Source: the human T2T-CHM13v2.0 reference genome, Homo sapiens | DNA: 64,000 nt | Direction: 5' to 3' (one strand) | NCBI RefSeq assembly: GCF_009914755.1 | Contig: NC_060934.1 | Shown: in pieces, positions 42,331-59,169 of the stretch | How the letters are laid out: every line of letters begins with the position of its first letter | Numbering within the stretch: the stretch's first letter is position 1 | The notes under the pieces: model-generated | What the model was told of the DNA's origin: nothing | The model's input: only the letters and a program-made list of their open reading frames with translations | Database searches by the model: none | Position numbers and translations under genes: made by a program

Positions 42331-44359
42331 TATTATTTTTTAGACTTTTCTTAATTTCATCCAACAAAGTAGTTGCTGTAGGAGCTGAGTGTTAGAAGGA
42401 AAGATGCTGAAGAAATGAAATCAAGCAGGGTGTATACTGTCATGAATAGGCATACAGTAGTTTTTATACTTTTGTTCTTTGGAGTACCAATGTTAGGTTT
42501 TACAAAAGTAATTTGATGAGGGGAAGGAGGGTTGTGTATTTATTTTACTTTCTGATGTTTGCTTAAATAATACTGTGTACGTATTCAGCTTGCTGTAATT
42601 CTGTAATTACGCTATTGCGTTTGGCTAACTCCTTTTTGGAAATGTCTTTTTTTTTGTACAAGGCATGTGTTAGTTTTTACTAATTGCTCTGAATGTGTAT
42701 ATTTAGATTTCTGAATTGAAAAAAAATAGCATACAATAAGTAGATTTAAAGTAATTAGAACACTTTATTGATTTTTCTGATGTTTTCTGTACCTAAAATT
42801 TATCACCACCAGGTTGTGCTAAAACAGCAGGAAGTTTTTATATTGTGAGTGACAGTACCCATTATTTCTCTTAATTTTACTAACATTTACTATAAGAATA
42901 TTCTCTCGCTCTTTTCTCCACTCACAGCCATTCTCCCTCCTTCCCTTCATAACATCAAGCTGTCACAGACAAATCTGAAAATGTTACAAGCACAGACTAT
43001 GTTGTATGTTTTGAAATTTTAGAACAGTAATGTTCTTTTTAAAATTGAACTTCTGCAGAGTAAGAAAATGAATACATTTATTACTTTAAATTTGTAAAAT
43101 TTTCCAAAGTAAAACCATACAAAGCTAGTGTCAGTCTCTCTCATTGTTCACAAATAAAGGACTTTTGTTAATTGATTAAATCACTTACTATATTCGATAT
43201 GAAATATATAAAACATACAACCATTATCTAATACATTTCAGAATGTTTCACTGGTTACAGGAGCCAGTAAATAAAGTTGACTCTAAACAGGAATTTTAAA
43301 TAAACTAAACATTTTTTCATCACCAAGCATCATTTATATATTGGTTTCTGATTTACATATGTGATGTCTAAGAAAATCTCTGACTTTATTCTTTTTTGCC
43401 TGTATTAATTTAAAATTTATCCCATTTCGTCTCCCCCTTCCCACAAATCAGGTATACAATGGGGGAAGAGGGAAAGGAGTACATAGTTTTGACACAGTGA
43501 CCTTTTATTATATAGGTTACCAACTGCTAGCCTTCATATTTTTAGAAAGGGCAGTTTTGATAGACCCATCTATGAGGTTCTGTTTTTTTTTTTACTGGAA
43601 ATTTCATGCGTTAAATGTTGGGTAGGATTAAGTGATGAGACGACGGGTCCAAATGTATTAATCACTGGGAAGTGTTGAAGTATTACCGACCATCTTACTC
43701 ATTTCTGTATTTTTTCCTCTCAGTCACCAGTCAGAACAGGTCATCAGTAGTTGTGTAACTAAGATGAACAGGAACTTTGGTGTCAGGGGATACTTAGTGA
43801 TGCCAGTAGTTTTTCCAAGCTTGAATTTATACTGTGACTATCAGGCAATATTTAGATGGGGGTAATGGAAACTTTTTTAAAGTATAGGAATTTTCTCCTT
43901 ATGCTGACATAAGTAACATCTGATGCTGTAGAAGCTTAGTATCAAATATTAATTGGACTGAAATAGTTCAGAATATTTTCCCAAAATGATTTCCTCCCAC
44001 TCAGTTTTTACTTTTGCAGAGCTTCTACTTACCATTTGTAGTAACCTGAATGACAATAAAATGGTGAAAAAAAGATTTGAAATGGTGAAACCGCCTTCTT
44101 CCAGATATCATTCAGGTGACTAAAATGCAAAACCAAGTACAATAGACAAATAATAGCAACACTAGAAAACAAGAAATACTACCGTCAATAGAGCAGCAAT
44201 TTCCAGGTATTTTTGGAAGACAGGAGGGACATAGGGATTGACAGGTGTTTGTTGGTGTCAGTGTGAGCAAACCACGTAAGCTGAGTGAAGCAGAAATGGA
44301 GAGGTCTCACCAATTCTGAGTAGTGAGGGCTAGTAACAAAGATTAACCCTAAGGTGGGT

Positions 44360-44501
44360 GGACATGGGTGTGTGGTGGCTGGTTCCTGTAGTCGCAGCTA
44401 CTCAGGAGGCTGAGATGGGAGGATCACTTGACCTAGGAGTTCAAGTCAAGCCTGGGCAACATGGCAGGACCCTATCTTTAAAAAAAAAAAAAAAAAAAAA
44501 A
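44360..44501 (+). mobile_element. FLAM-like Alu monomer with long A-tail
   Basis: TSD ccc(t)taaggtgg on both sides. Confidence 0.85.
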
Positions 44502-44899
44502 GGCCCTTAAGGTGGTTGGAGAGAAATTACAGGGTGCATGGGGCAGGAGAGGGGTAGGTATCAGTAGACGTAAGGTTTGCTTTTTTCTCCCCAGTGAATA
44601 TTTTACTCAAAACTGAGGAAAGTAGAGTGATACGCTACTGCAGAATAGGTTTTTTTTTTTTTTTTTTCAAGCCGGGTGCTGTGATTCTTGACTATGGCTG
44701 AGTAGAATCAACCGTCAGTGCATGCAGATAGCTGGGCCAGAATCTGGAGGGTGGAACTGGCCATTTAAAAAAGTTCTTTAGATTTAATAATGTGGAGCTG
44801 TCATTGGTGGGAGTAGTATTATAACTCAGAGCTTCCTAACTTCCTAAGCTGGCAGTTCAGTAGTGGCTGATAATGAGTGAATCATGTATATGGCAATCT

Positions 44900-45790
44900 T
44901 ACACTTGTTATTGTATGTCTTTTTTATAGCCATCCTAGTGGGTTTGAAGTATCTCGTGATTTTGATGTGTTTACATTCTGACTAATGATGTTGAGCATTT
45001 TTTTATGTACTTCTTGGCCACTTGTATTTCTTTGGAAAATTATCTATTCCAGTTCTTTGCCCATTTTGAAATGGGTTATCTCATTTATTACAGTTTCAGG
45101 AGTTCTGTATATATAATAGACATAAAGCCACTATAAAATAAATTAATTACAAATATTTTCTCCCATTCCAGGAATTGTTTTTTCACTTTATTGATGGTAT
45201 CAGTTGCAGCACAATAATTTTAATTTTGATGGGGTCCAGTTTATCTATTTCATTTTGTTGCTTGTGCTTTTGGTGTCATATCCAAGAGACCATTGCAAAA
45301 TTGAAGATTATGAAGATTTACCCCCAGTATTTTCTTCTGTTTTATAGTTTTAGCTCTTGCATGTAGGTCTATCCATTTTGAGTTAATTTTTGTGTATGAT
45401 GTGAGATAGGTGTCTAGCTTCATTCTTTCACCTGTGGATATCTGTTTTCCTAGCACCATTTGTTGAAAAGATTATTTTTTCTCTGTTGAATTGTCTTGAC
45501 ACCCTGGTGAAAAATCAATTGACCACAGATCTATGGGTTTATATCTGAAGTCTCAATTCTATTACATTGATTTATATGTCGTCTTTATGCCAGTATGACA
45601 TTGTCTTGACTACTGTAATTTGTTATAAATTTTATAATAGGAAATCTGAGATCTCCAACTTTGATTTTTTTGAAGATTGTTTTAACTACTCTGGATCTCT
45701 TTCATATTCATCTGAATTTTAGGATCAGCTTGTCAATTTCTGTAAAGAAACCAGCTGGGTTTTGATAGGGATATATTGGATCTGTAATTA
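44900..45790 (-). mobile_element. L1M(B)-type ORF2 3' fragment
   Basis: 45250-45459(-) gives KLDTYLTSYTKINSKWIDL..., homologous to the L1 ORF2 C-terminal region. Confidence 0.8.
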
Positions 45791-46903
45791 AAGTTGGTGC
45801 TTTTGTATATTAGTTTCTAGTATTCTGTGTCATCAGTGGCATCTTCATATTAACTTGCTTATGGCAGATTATAAATTTGTTCTCTACATAATTTTGGAGC
45901 ATGATTGTGGGCTAACCTGCCAGTGAGAGTGGCTGCTGTGCAGCTGACAGTCTTCTATATTTGTGGAAAGGCAGGAGAAACAGCGCGTTCAATTGCCTCG
46001 TGTTAGGATGGACAGAATTCGGTTAATTCAAGAGATATTTGAGAAGTTGAATCCACAGGACTTGATAATTGATGGAGTGTGAGAGATAAGGTAGAGAAAG
46101 ATAGAAAAGGTTATGCTTAAGTTTCTTTGGGCAGCCAAGATGGGGAATGTTGAAGAAGGAGCTGAATTCCTTCAATTTGATCATTTCTCTACCTAGACCT
46201 ATAGATTTCTGGTCCCTCTAGGTTATTGTATCCAGGGCTCTAAAGGCAGAACAAGGCTAGGATTTAGGATGCAGGCATGCATACAAAAATATGTTAAAGC
46301 TGGAAGGGTTGATAGAGTTACTACATTAGGCATAGCCAAGGCTTTATTTATATAGAGACAAACATAAGAGCTCTGAATGCATCCAAAGAAATCAGAGCTT
46401 GTATCCAAGGACATCAATGCTATTGGGGACAGAAAGGTGAGACATCAGTACTGTAAGTGACAACAGACAGCCTGAGATGTCAGTGTAGGCAGAAGTTAGG
46501 CTGGGGTCTCCAGAATCAGATGTTCAACTGACAGCAAGTGTGAAGGAGGACTTTGTCAGGGAGAACTGGGATCAGTTTCCAGAACCAGGAGAGTAGAATA
46601 AATAACATCATCTACCTGGAGTCTGAAGTTCATCCAAACTAGTGTTTATCAAAGAAATTTTAAGAATCATCTGTAAAACACGTAAAATGGAAATTCCTGG
46701 ATCTCTCAGCAGGTCAACAAGAGGCTCAAGTGATCCTGCCACAGATGGAATATTGATCGTAATTTAAGAAACACTGATGAAACTATCAAAAAGACCAATT
46801 TCATGATGAATCAGCAAGCTACTAGGACATACGTCCTCTGTTGACATCTAGGACAAATCTTAATGTATGAATGGAGATTGGGGTTATCTACAAGGAATGG
46901 AGC

Positions 46904-47735
46904 TGTTACCAGAAAGGGGATCTTGATTCAGACCCCAATAGAGGCTTGGATCTTGCACAGGAAAGAATTCAAGATGAGTTGCAAAGTGCAGTGAGAAGAG
47001 ATAGTTTATTGAAAGCTACTCCATTCCAGAGTAGGGCATCCTCAGAAAACAAGCAGAGGAATGCACTGTCTTTAAGTTTTTCTTATATAGGGGTCTTCTC
47101 TATGTAAAGACTAAGGTGTGCGTACAGGTGGATAGACAGATAGCATGACAAAATTTAGTACTTTATTGATTTAAGGAAATCCATCCTTGGCCAGGTGCGG
47201 TGGCTCACGCCTGTAATCCCAGCACTTTGGGAGGCCTAGATGGGCGGATCATTTGAGGCCAGGAGTTCAAGACCAGCCTGGCCAACATGGCGAAACCCCA
47301 TCTCTACTACGAAATACAAAAATTAGCCAGGCATGGTGGCACACACCTGTAATCCCAGCTATTCAAGAGGTTGAGGCAGGAGAATCATTTGAACCCGGGA
47401 AGCGGAGGTTGCAGTGAACCAAGATCATGCCACTGCACTCCAGCTTGGGTGACAGAGCCAAACTCCATCTCAGATAAATAAATAAATAACTCTGTGTTTG
47501 ACTTCTTAGTGTGTAAGTGCATCAAAGCATAACTATAATTCTTGGAAGCATATATTGTTATGAGTATTGGGACTTCTGGACTTTCTGCTGTAGGAGTTTG
47601 TTCTTACAGGTGTCTTTAAGCTGTTTTCTTAGCTGTGAACATCTTAGTTCTATGGGTCATGACTGGGAAGTTTAAGATGGAGTTGATTTTAAAATGGTGT
47701 CACTCTGGCTCTTCTAGGCTTCTGCTTCCCTAATA
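46904..47735 (-). mobile_element. MER41-family (ERV1) solo LTR interrupted by an AluS (47189-47489, +)
   Basis: Ends tgttacc.gaaagggg.tc..gat.cagacccca...ttggatct.gc.ca.gaaagaattc and gatggagttgattttaaaatggtgtcactctggctc resemble MER41-group termini. Confidence 0.65.
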
Positions 47736-47786
47736 CAGTCACACTAGATAGATCTTTGGCCAGTCATGTCCTGTCATCCTCTAAAT

Positions 47787-47997
47787 CAGGGTTTCTTGAC
47801 CTGATTGGTGGGGAGGGAGGGCAGAGCAGTTTGCCTCAGAACATTTGGCATTATTCTGAGAAATACATGATTGTCATGACTGGGGAGGGTACTACTGGCA
47901 TCTAGTGGGTAGAGGACAAGGATGCTGCAGAGTCATCCCCATAGCAAAGAATTGTCCAGTCCCAAACATCAGTCTTGCTGCTGTTGAGAAAGCCTGC
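47787..47997. mobile_element. MER20 DNA transposon
   Basis: ctactggcatctagtgggtagagg.ca.ggatgctgc...aaagaatt.tcc.g.ccc; CAG/CTG termini. Confidence 0.75.
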
Positions 47998-48374
47998 TCT
48001 ATATCCTGAAGGATCTTGTGATAAAGAGAAGAGTAATTGCTTCCTAGGTTCAAGAGACATGGCTAAGGTAGTTCTAACTCTTTTTCTGGGGGGCTGCTAC
48101 AATTAGCAATATCCACACCACTACCGAAAGAAATACTAAACTTTTTGGAAAGAGAAGGATTGGGGAGAAGTGTGTGCAATGAGACAGGAAAGCCCCAGGA
48201 ACTCCCCTGAAGTCTTTTCCATGAAGACTGATCCATGACAACAGCTGTGTGCATGGTATTAGAAATCCCTGTGGAAAGTGACCAGTAAAGAGAGCTTGTA
48301 CTTGTGTAACAGTTTAGTTTACAAAGCACTTGTGTATTGCTTAGCTTCTTCTTTGCCTTGGGAAGTAACCAGGA

Positions 48375-49120
<746 letters not shown>

Positions 49121-49773
49121 TACACAACAACAACACCCATCTTATAGATTATTTAGTAGGTCACATGGCTAATTAATTGTGGAATTCAGCATTGAGCTCA
49201 AATCCTGGTTTCATCTTTCATCACTATAGGGTGTATCATAATAAGAAACAAAGATGAGAAAAAAACAGGTAAGGCACAAAAAGAGAATAGAGGAGAAATA
49301 GGGATGTGGAAAACAAAATTAAGTTGCAGACTTGAGATTTTGGACAGTAAACAGAAAAAAATATTGCTGTGGAAAAGGTCAACAGGTGAGCCCAGGGACA
49401 ATTGCCAATTAATTTTTCTTTGTCACCATATCTCCAAGTGGCTTAGTGCTCTAGGCCTGGAACTGTCTACAGTTGAAATAATTCCACTTACTTACAATAA
49501 TTGGTACAGTGCCTTGCAAATAACGTTTCATCATTGGAAGGCACCATAGTTACTGGGCCCTCTAACATTTTTTGAAGCTTAAGTTCTATAAGGCCTTGTT
49601 GATTTGGTATTTTTATAAACCTTGCAAATAGTTAAACCTTGCCAGATGACTAACACTCCCAGGTAAATGGTAAACAATGTGGCTCTCATTTTTTCTACTC
49701 CTTGTCCGACATTGTCCAATTGAGAGAGACCACTGTCTTTAGGCCAGCTCCTCACAACCTTGCAGCACATTAG

Positions 49774-50124
<351 letters not shown>

Positions 50125-50679
50125 TAATATTCTTGCCCACCTCAGACAATTAAAGAGCCAGAGAGTGGGGCCTGAGAAAAGGGGTCCTCAAATGTTTTTA
50201 CTTCTATTTTTTTATTTTCAAATTCACATTTTAAAATAGGCATATACAATTTTGTGTTTAAAGAGATAAAGGACTAAATTTCTAGCATATTGTAAATACT
50301 GACTTAAGATAAAAGTCATATCACTTTTGAAATGTGTATAATAGGTTCTAAATACCATAGTTAACACACTTCTTATCATTGGGAATTTTCCCACCTTTCT
50401 ATTCCACACTTTCCATAGAATTTTATCCTACTAACATATTTTCATGCTTGGATATCTTTTGTTTATCACCCTATCATGTAAGTCTTCTGGAGCAAGAATA
50501 CCTATATAAATTTGGATTTAACTTTTAAGATTTCCTGTTTCCTTAGGCTCTAAGTCCTTAAAATTTCTGGATAGTGTGCTCATTGTAATTGCTATTGAAT
50601 GCACTTGATAAAAGCAACATTAATATAATTTGGTGGGTATAAAAACCAAATTTCTACCAGTGAAAGAATAAACTAAATA

Positions 50680-51060
50680 AGGTATATTTATATGATGGAA
50701 TGCTCAGCAATAAAAAGTCAGGAACTACTTATATATACATTAGCATGAATAAATTTCAAAACTGTTGTGCTAAAAGAAGCCAGACATAAAAAAAGTATGT
50801 ACTATAGGATTCCATTTATGTTAAAATATTAGAAAATGCAAACCAATCATTAGTGGCAAAAAGCAGACTGTTAGTTCCCTGGGACTGGTATAGATGGAGT
50901 GACAGACTACAAAGCGTTGTGAGGAAACTCTTAGAGATGATGGAGATGTTCTGTAACTTGAGTGTAGTGGTGAGTTCACAGTGTAATCATTTATCAAAAT
51001 TCATCGACTTGTACAGTTTGAATGAATATGGCCTATTGTACATAAATTACATTTCAATAA
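50680..51060 (+). mobile_element. Old L1M 3' end
   Basis: aagaagccagaca.aaaa...tatgtact.ta.gattccattta...ttacatttcaataa. Confidence 0.65.
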
Positions 51061-51259
51061 GGTTATATGTTTTTATAAATATTAAATAGAAAGTGAAATT
51101 GTATTGAAAATATACAGAAGAATAAATCTTTACTCAAAGCAGTAAAAGTCTGTCACTCATTCTTGAACCAAGGCTATTAGCGCTGCTAATAGATTTCACT
51201 CCCTATCCTCGAGCCTGATCTTAGTTTCTAGTATTCTACCCCTAACTTCCTTCCTCACC

Positions 51260-51690
51260 TCTGCTATTTCTCACACACACCAGACCATGTACCCACTTCT
51301 GAGTCTTTACTCTGGCTTTTCTCTCTTCCTGTAATTCTCTTTCCCCAGAGACCCATAAGTGTCTCTCCCTTATTTTTCTTTTAAGTCTTTTCTCAAATGT
51401 GATCTTTTCAAAGAGGACCACTCTAAACATCTTTTGACACGGCAACATGTATCTCCATGTCCACACTCCCATCTCTTCTGCCTGGCTCTTTCTTTATTCT
51501 GTAGACCTTAACACTTTTAAATATTATATAATTTGCTCATTATGTTTATTATGTATTGCCATTAGGAATTGTATATTCCAGGAGGGCAGAAATCTTTGCT
51601 TTGTTCTCTGTTGTACTCCCGTACCTAGAATCCTGCCTGGCACATACTCAGCACTCAGTAAACATTGAATTAAAAAATGAATGAAAGTAG
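51260..51690 (+). mobile_element. L2 3' fragment
   Basis: gagggcag..atctttg.ttt.gttc.ctg...cctaga...tgcctggcacata...cactca.taaa...gaatgaa. Confidence 0.65.
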
Positions 51691-53357
51691 ACTTGAAACT
51701 GAAGGCTTTTCATGTTAGTATATATGTGGATCAATAAGATCCCTTGTTATACATTTTCAGCCCTTCTAGGGACTTCTATGAGGGCTGTCTAAAACAAAAA
51801 CAAAAAACCTTGACTTCAAAGAGCCTGATTCAATGTTTTTGAGACAAAACCAGCAAGTTATAAACACTATAGGATTCCGGAGCACTCATAATTGTCATTT
51901 GATGAACTAACTCCAGTGTTAACACAGAGCCTTGGATGTGAAGCGGGGTTTTGTAAGGCTGAGCACTTGCTCTTCCTTCCAATGAGAACACCATCCTCAG
52001 GAGGAGAAGTAAATTTGATGAAAATTAAATTTAGGATGATTGTACAGATGTGTTGAGTTGCCCAGCTGGAAATATAGTACCATTGCCTGGGGGAAAACAC
52101 TGCTTATAGCTTCTAAATAGATGGTTCTTCAAATGAAGTGAAAGAGTAGACCAAATGTGGAGCAACATAAGAAACTGTAGCAGGAGGGGTCAAGGGCAGT
52201 CTGTTAACCTTCCTTTTGCCACAGGGCTTCTGTCACATTTTGCCTCCTTCCTTGGACAGCACGAGATCTTTATGCTTTCAGTCACATCACTGAAACCTAG
52301 CTTGTCAGTGCCCTTATCACTTCCAAATCAAAGGAATGTTCACCTCTGACACAAAAGTGTCATAGCTTAAGTAGATTTGTTGGGTTTGGATTTAGCACCC
52401 AAAATGGCAGTAGGAAGTCAGAACTGGGTTAGAAGAAACTGTCCAGTTGTGGATTTATGGTCAGCATTCAAAGGGACTACTGAACTCTGGGCCAGATCAA
52501 GTAGATAACAGTTTCTAGATGGTCCAATCCAATGGCCCAATTAGGGATGAGGTGGAGGTGAAATGTGCAGGTTTCAGAGAGAATGCAGGCAACAGGCAAT
52601 ACTCAGAGACAAGTTGTAGCAACAGTACTGCCTCACTAAGCCAGGCAATGGCTAGGGTAGACAAACACCCAAGAGAGGGTTTCCAAGCCAAAGGCATGGC
52701 AAGATGTCAAGAAAGGGCCCCAGTTCCAGCAGGGCCGTCTGGACAATATGCAGTTTCTGGGACCAACCTGAACAGTAAGATATGTTGCATAAACTCTTCT
52801 GAGAGCCCTAGGAAAGCCATGGAGCATTTGGATTTTGAGATTTCTTACTCTTCGATTTAGGGGAGTATGGAGAGATTTCAATTCAGGATGGATTTCAATT
52901 AGGGTCAGAAGTCCAAGTTTGAAAACAATATTGACAGTCAACATGGCATAGTAATAGTAGTATCTGCCTTATGGTCCTGTTTTGAAGATCAAATTAGCTA
53001 ATATTTATCAAGCATGTAGAACAATACTACACATAGTAAGCACTAAATATCAGGAAACCTGTGTCTTAGAACAAAATTTTGTGAAATTGCTGTCCTAAAT
53101 GCTTATCCAGTATGAAACAAAGGTTACAGTGTACTTTCCTGAATAGAATATAAATCTAGGAAATTCAGTGAGTAATCAGAACTTTTTCAATTGTAAACAA
53201 AACTACAAATATTGGTAGATTTGAAAAATATGACAGAACTGATGAAAAATGATAAATATCGACATAGAAAAAATTATAAATGTTGCATGTGTATTTGCAT
53301 TTCTATTTTATCTGAATCTAAAAATAACAAAAATAACATCTAAAAATAAAAAAGTAG

Positions 53358-53632
<275 letters not shown>

Positions 53633-54264
53633 TAGTCACCTATTAATAATAATAAATAATGATAATTTAAAAATAAAAAGTAAACACAGAGAATATAGAA
53701 ATAGCAAAAGACAACTAATGCTGAAAAAGACTATATGAAAAAATAATTGACCAAACAATGAAGTTGTAATACTCACACACTGTGTACATGCACATGAACG
53801 ATGGTATATACAATACATAGAATTGTATGACATTATATGAATGATCATTTAAGGGTATAGCTATGTCAAGTTGCTCTCTGAGAATAAAGGTGTCATTATT
53901 TAAGTAGAAGTAGATAAAACACCCTTAAGCCATAAACTGGGCAACAAATTGTTTTGTGCTCATAAATTCATCTTTCTATCTGAATAAATCTGGGTGACCA
54001 GAAATTACCTCTGTTGTGGTTTTATTATAAGGATTAGAAAATGATATTGATAGCCTCATGCTCAAAGGAAGCAAAATATAAGCATCTGTGGAAGGGGCTC
54101 TTGCTTCCATAAGCAAATTTGGCAGTAGCCACGTTTCAGGGCCCTTTGAGCTTGATGTTGAAGCCAAATCACCCAGCTGGATTTTCCTCTCACAGATCCT
54201 GGAGCAGACTCAGTGAGGAGGAGGCTTTAGTTCACCTCAGGTGCTCGTTCCGTGGTCATTATAT

Positions 54265-54460
54265 CATGGTTTCTCAGAGATTGGATCTGCTGCATCAGAA
54301 TCACCTGGTGTGCTTGCTTAAAAAAAAAAAAACACCAGTTCCAGAGCCCAACCCCAGACCTACTGAGTCACAATCTCTAAAGACAGATGCCTTAAATCTT
54401 CATTTTCAGCAACCATTCCAGATGATTCTCATGTTCACTAAAATTTAAAATCTACTGCAC
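54265..54460. mobile_element. MER5A-like DNA transposon
   Basis: gcatcagaatcacctgg...cttg.t.aaa...cccagacctactga.tca.aatctct...gatgattct.atg. Confidence 0.7.
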
Positions 54461-54785
54461 TAGAGTACATATATATGCTTCTTCCTCAGGTGAGGCTGCC
54501 CAGTTCAGGTACAGCTTGGTATCCAGTAGACTCAGGCTGAAGGCATGAGAGGCTGATGGCAAGCTGGATTAAACTGCTCACCTTTCACCCAGCAAATATT
54601 CTTTCTAGGTCCTCTTCTTAAATTATTAACCTCCAATGGTAATATAAAAATATACTGGGTTTTTTTGGTTTTGTTTTGTTTTTTTTTGTTTTTTGGTGGG
54701 TGTTATTGTTGTTTTACATATCGGGACATAGGGAGCTTGTATCTTTTTAAAGGCTGCATTGTATTCCATTGTATGACTATGCCAT

Positions 54786-55147
<362 letters not shown>

Positions 55148-55174
55148 TTATAGATAATGGTGCAACAAATAATC

Positions 55175-56333
55175 TTTTTTTAATTTTTTTCCTTTTTTAA
55201 TTTTTTATTTTTATTATACTTTAAGTTCTAGGATATATGTGCAGAACGTGCAGGTTTGTTATATAGGTATACATGTGCCATGGTGGTTTGCTGCACCCAT
55301 CAACCCGTCATCTAGGTTTTAAGCCCCGCATGCTTAGGTATTTGCCCTAATGCTCTCCCTTCCGTTGACCCCTACCCCACCGACAGGCCCCAGTTTGTGA
55401 TGTTCCCCTCCTTGTGCCCATGTGTTCTCATTGTTCAACTCCCATTTATGAGTGAGAACATGTGGTGTTTGGTTTTCTGTTCCTGTACTAGTTTGCTGAG
55501 AATGATGGTTTCTAGCTTCATCCATGTCCCTGCAAAGGACATGACCTCATTCTTTTTTGTGGCTGCACAGTATTCCATGGAGTATATGTGCCACATTTTC
55601 TTAATCCAGTCTATCATTGATCGGCATTTGGGTTGGTTCCAAGTCTTTGCTATTGTGAAGAGTGTCACAACAAACATACGTCTGCATGTGTCCTATAGTA
55701 GAATGATTTATAATCCTTTGGGTATATACCCAGTAATGGGATTGCTGGGTCAAAGTGTATTTCTGGTTCTAGATCCTTGAGGAATTGCCACACTGTCTTC
55801 CACAATTGTTGAACTACTTTACACTCCCACCAACAGTGTAAAAGTGTTCCTATTTCTCCACATCCTCTCCAGCATCTGTTGTTTCTTGACTTTTTAATGA
55901 TCTCCATTTTAACTGGTGTGAGATGGTATCTCATTGTGGTTTTGATATGCACTTCTCTAATCAGCAGTGATGATGAGCATTTTTTCTTGTGTCTGTTGGT
56001 CGCATAAATGTCTTGTTTTGAGAAGTGTCTGCTCATATCCTTCGCCCACTTTTTGATGGGGTTGTTTTTTTTTTCCTGTAAATTTGTTTAAGTTCTTTGT
56101 AGATTCTGGATATTAGCCCTTTGTCAGGTGAGTGGATTTCAACAATTTTCTCCTATTCCGTAGACTGCCTGTTCACTCTGATGCTAGTTTCTTTTGCTGT
56201 GCAGAAGCTCTTTAGTTTAATTAGATCCCATTTGTCAATTTTGGCTTTTGTTGCCATTGCTTTTGGTGTTTTAGTCATGAAGTCTTTGCCCATGCCTATG
56301 TCCTGAGTGGTATTGCCTAGGTTTTCTTCTAAG
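55175..56333 (-). mobile_element. 5'-truncated L1PA (PA7-PA10-like) with TSD CAAATAATC (55166-55174 / 56340-56348)
   Basis: ORF2 C-terminal fragments ([37 protein letters not shown]) and 3' UTR ctaggttttaagccccgcatgc. Confidence 0.92.
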
Positions 56334-57342
56334 GCAAGGCAAATAATCGTATACATGTCATTTTGCACCTGTATGAACACACCTGTAAGATAAATTTCTT
56401 AAAGTGGAATGCTAGATTAGAGGTATATGGATCTGTATTTTTTTATCCATTGTGCCACGTTGCCCTCCACAATATGTGTGTAGTACATAATTTTTAAATG
56501 ACTACATATTATTCTATGGTAGGGATTGCTGTAATTTGTTTAATTTATCTCTCATTTGTGAACACTGTAATCATTTCTCTATCCCACATTTATTTAGCTC
56601 TCAAAGCTATGCTATTTTATTGTACAATGACTAAACTACTCAACATGAGAGATTTGGGAGGATCTTTGTGGTCAGCTTATTATTCTTTTCATTACCACAA
56701 CAACAGCACTACAAACTCTTTTTCTAAGTGTTTCTCCATTTATGATCTCACTTTTGTGGCTAGACCTCACCTCTAGCCCCTGGGAATTTCTTCTGTGAAC
56801 GCAGCAGGATGACATCCCTCAAGTCAAATTCCAAAGCCTTAAAGTAGATCAGCAGATCAGGGCCCCCTAATGACTGATTACACACAGCTCTGACCCCACA
56901 CTTAGCCCCGAGCTTGTTGTTTTCTGCAGCCTTTTATCCCTTCATTTTGAAGATGAGTCCATCTCTTCCCCAGTGAGAAAGCAAACAGTGGAGAGGGAGA
57001 GTGTGATGCACTTCCCCCAGGCCATGCAGAGGGCAGCATGCTCTGATCTCTGCCTTGCCTTATTTGCAAATACCTTTCCCTAGTACTAGAAGATTGAAGA
57101 GAAAGGTAGGAATGGTAACAGCTCTGGCACCTGGAAACTGCAGGTTGATCTGTACAAGCACAATATAAGTAGTTTTTGCTGAGCATCTCCAGCTTGTCAT
57201 ATTTTAGTTACTACTCTAGCCTCAAACTTGAATGGTTTGATACTGTTTGCCAAAGAGTTTGCAAATATTTAGAGGTTCTCAGAGATGGTGGTCTTGGGAT
57301 GGAGACAATTCTCAGAAAAGAGTGCTGCAATTCCGGACATGA

Positions 57343-57720
<378 letters not shown>

Positions 57721-59169
57721 GAAATTACTAGGCCCAGAGACCCATGAATATTTAAATCCTGCCAAAGAATAAATAGAAAAGGAAGGCATATACTGAAGGA
57801 AGGTTAGCAAAGGGAAACAAACTAACACAATAAATGTGCTTTTGACTTCCAACCCCAATAGAGACAACTCACATAAATTTGTCTACAGTGAAGCCTCTTC
57901 TAACCCACCTTCCTCCATCCAAAGATCCCAAGCCACAGTTCCAATTGGCCACAAAATGACCATGGGGGATAAAGGGGGAATAGAAAGATGTGACTGTGAC
58001 TTAAACTTCTGTGAACATAGACCCTGGACCTTACCACTTTAGCAGCTTGGAAGGAAGATGAGAGAACACTCCTGTGGATGTGATATTGAGGGAAAGTGTG
58101 TTGCAAGCAGAGGAAAACGTAAGTGCACTGAGGCAGGAGCATGCTTGGCATGCCCAAGGGTCATCTCCTGATTCTTGGCTTTTATTTACTGTTTAATCTG
58201 TAACTCTGACAAGTGTTTTGTGTATCAACTGACAGCTAGAGATGTGATACTTTTAAACATTGTGACTTTCATTCCTTGGCTGTACTGGGCAATATTATAT
58301 TCAGAAACAGAAACTTTGTTTGTTGACATAAAGTTATTCCCTACTGGCACTTAACATTCTGAAAATCAGTGATGTCACTCTTTTCCTAATCAACATTTAT
58401 GATGGTGGTATGGTTGGGGGGACCTTGTAAAGACAGATTATAAAGAGAAGTGATATGAATAATACTGGCAATAAATTAAACGCTTTTATTGGAAGACTTC
58501 ATTTGGATTCATAGTTTGTACAAATGATTCATAATTTACCATGTGCTTTCTGATCATTCCATGAACCATGAGGAATGCTTAAGACTGCCCCCACTCTGAT
58601 TGTGGAAGAAAAGATAAGCTATACCTAGAGGTCTAAGTTAATAGCACCTCGGTAAAACTTGATCTGTATGGCAGTTGACCCAATCATTTGGAAGTAGTTT
58701 TGGTGCCCAGTTTGGTGGATTTTTCCTGGTTTCCATGAGGTTCAGACATCTAGAGCTATTTATCCCAGGAAACTACAGCTAGATTCATTCTCTTATGAGG
58801 CTGTTTTCACATTTCTCAAAAGTAGTTTATTCCACAAACATCAGAGGGCAGCATTTGATAGGGATTCCAAAAAGACAGAAAAGCTTGTCCACATCGGACC
58901 TGCTTGCATGCTCCACTGGGCTATGCTTTTCTCTCTCCTCTTTCCTGGTTCCATTTCTGTTTTCAAGCCAGGAAATGCCTTCACCTGTGGCTTTCCAGAA
59001 ACCACTGCTCCCTTCTTCCTCATGGGACACGGTGAACTGGCTGAGGTACATGGTAGATTAGTGCTCCGCCTCCCTTCTCCCTCCTTCTTGGATGCTTTCT
59101 TGTACTACACAGGCTGGAAAGCCAAAAATTCCATGTCCTGATTTTCTTATAGTGAAGGTTCCAGATGTG

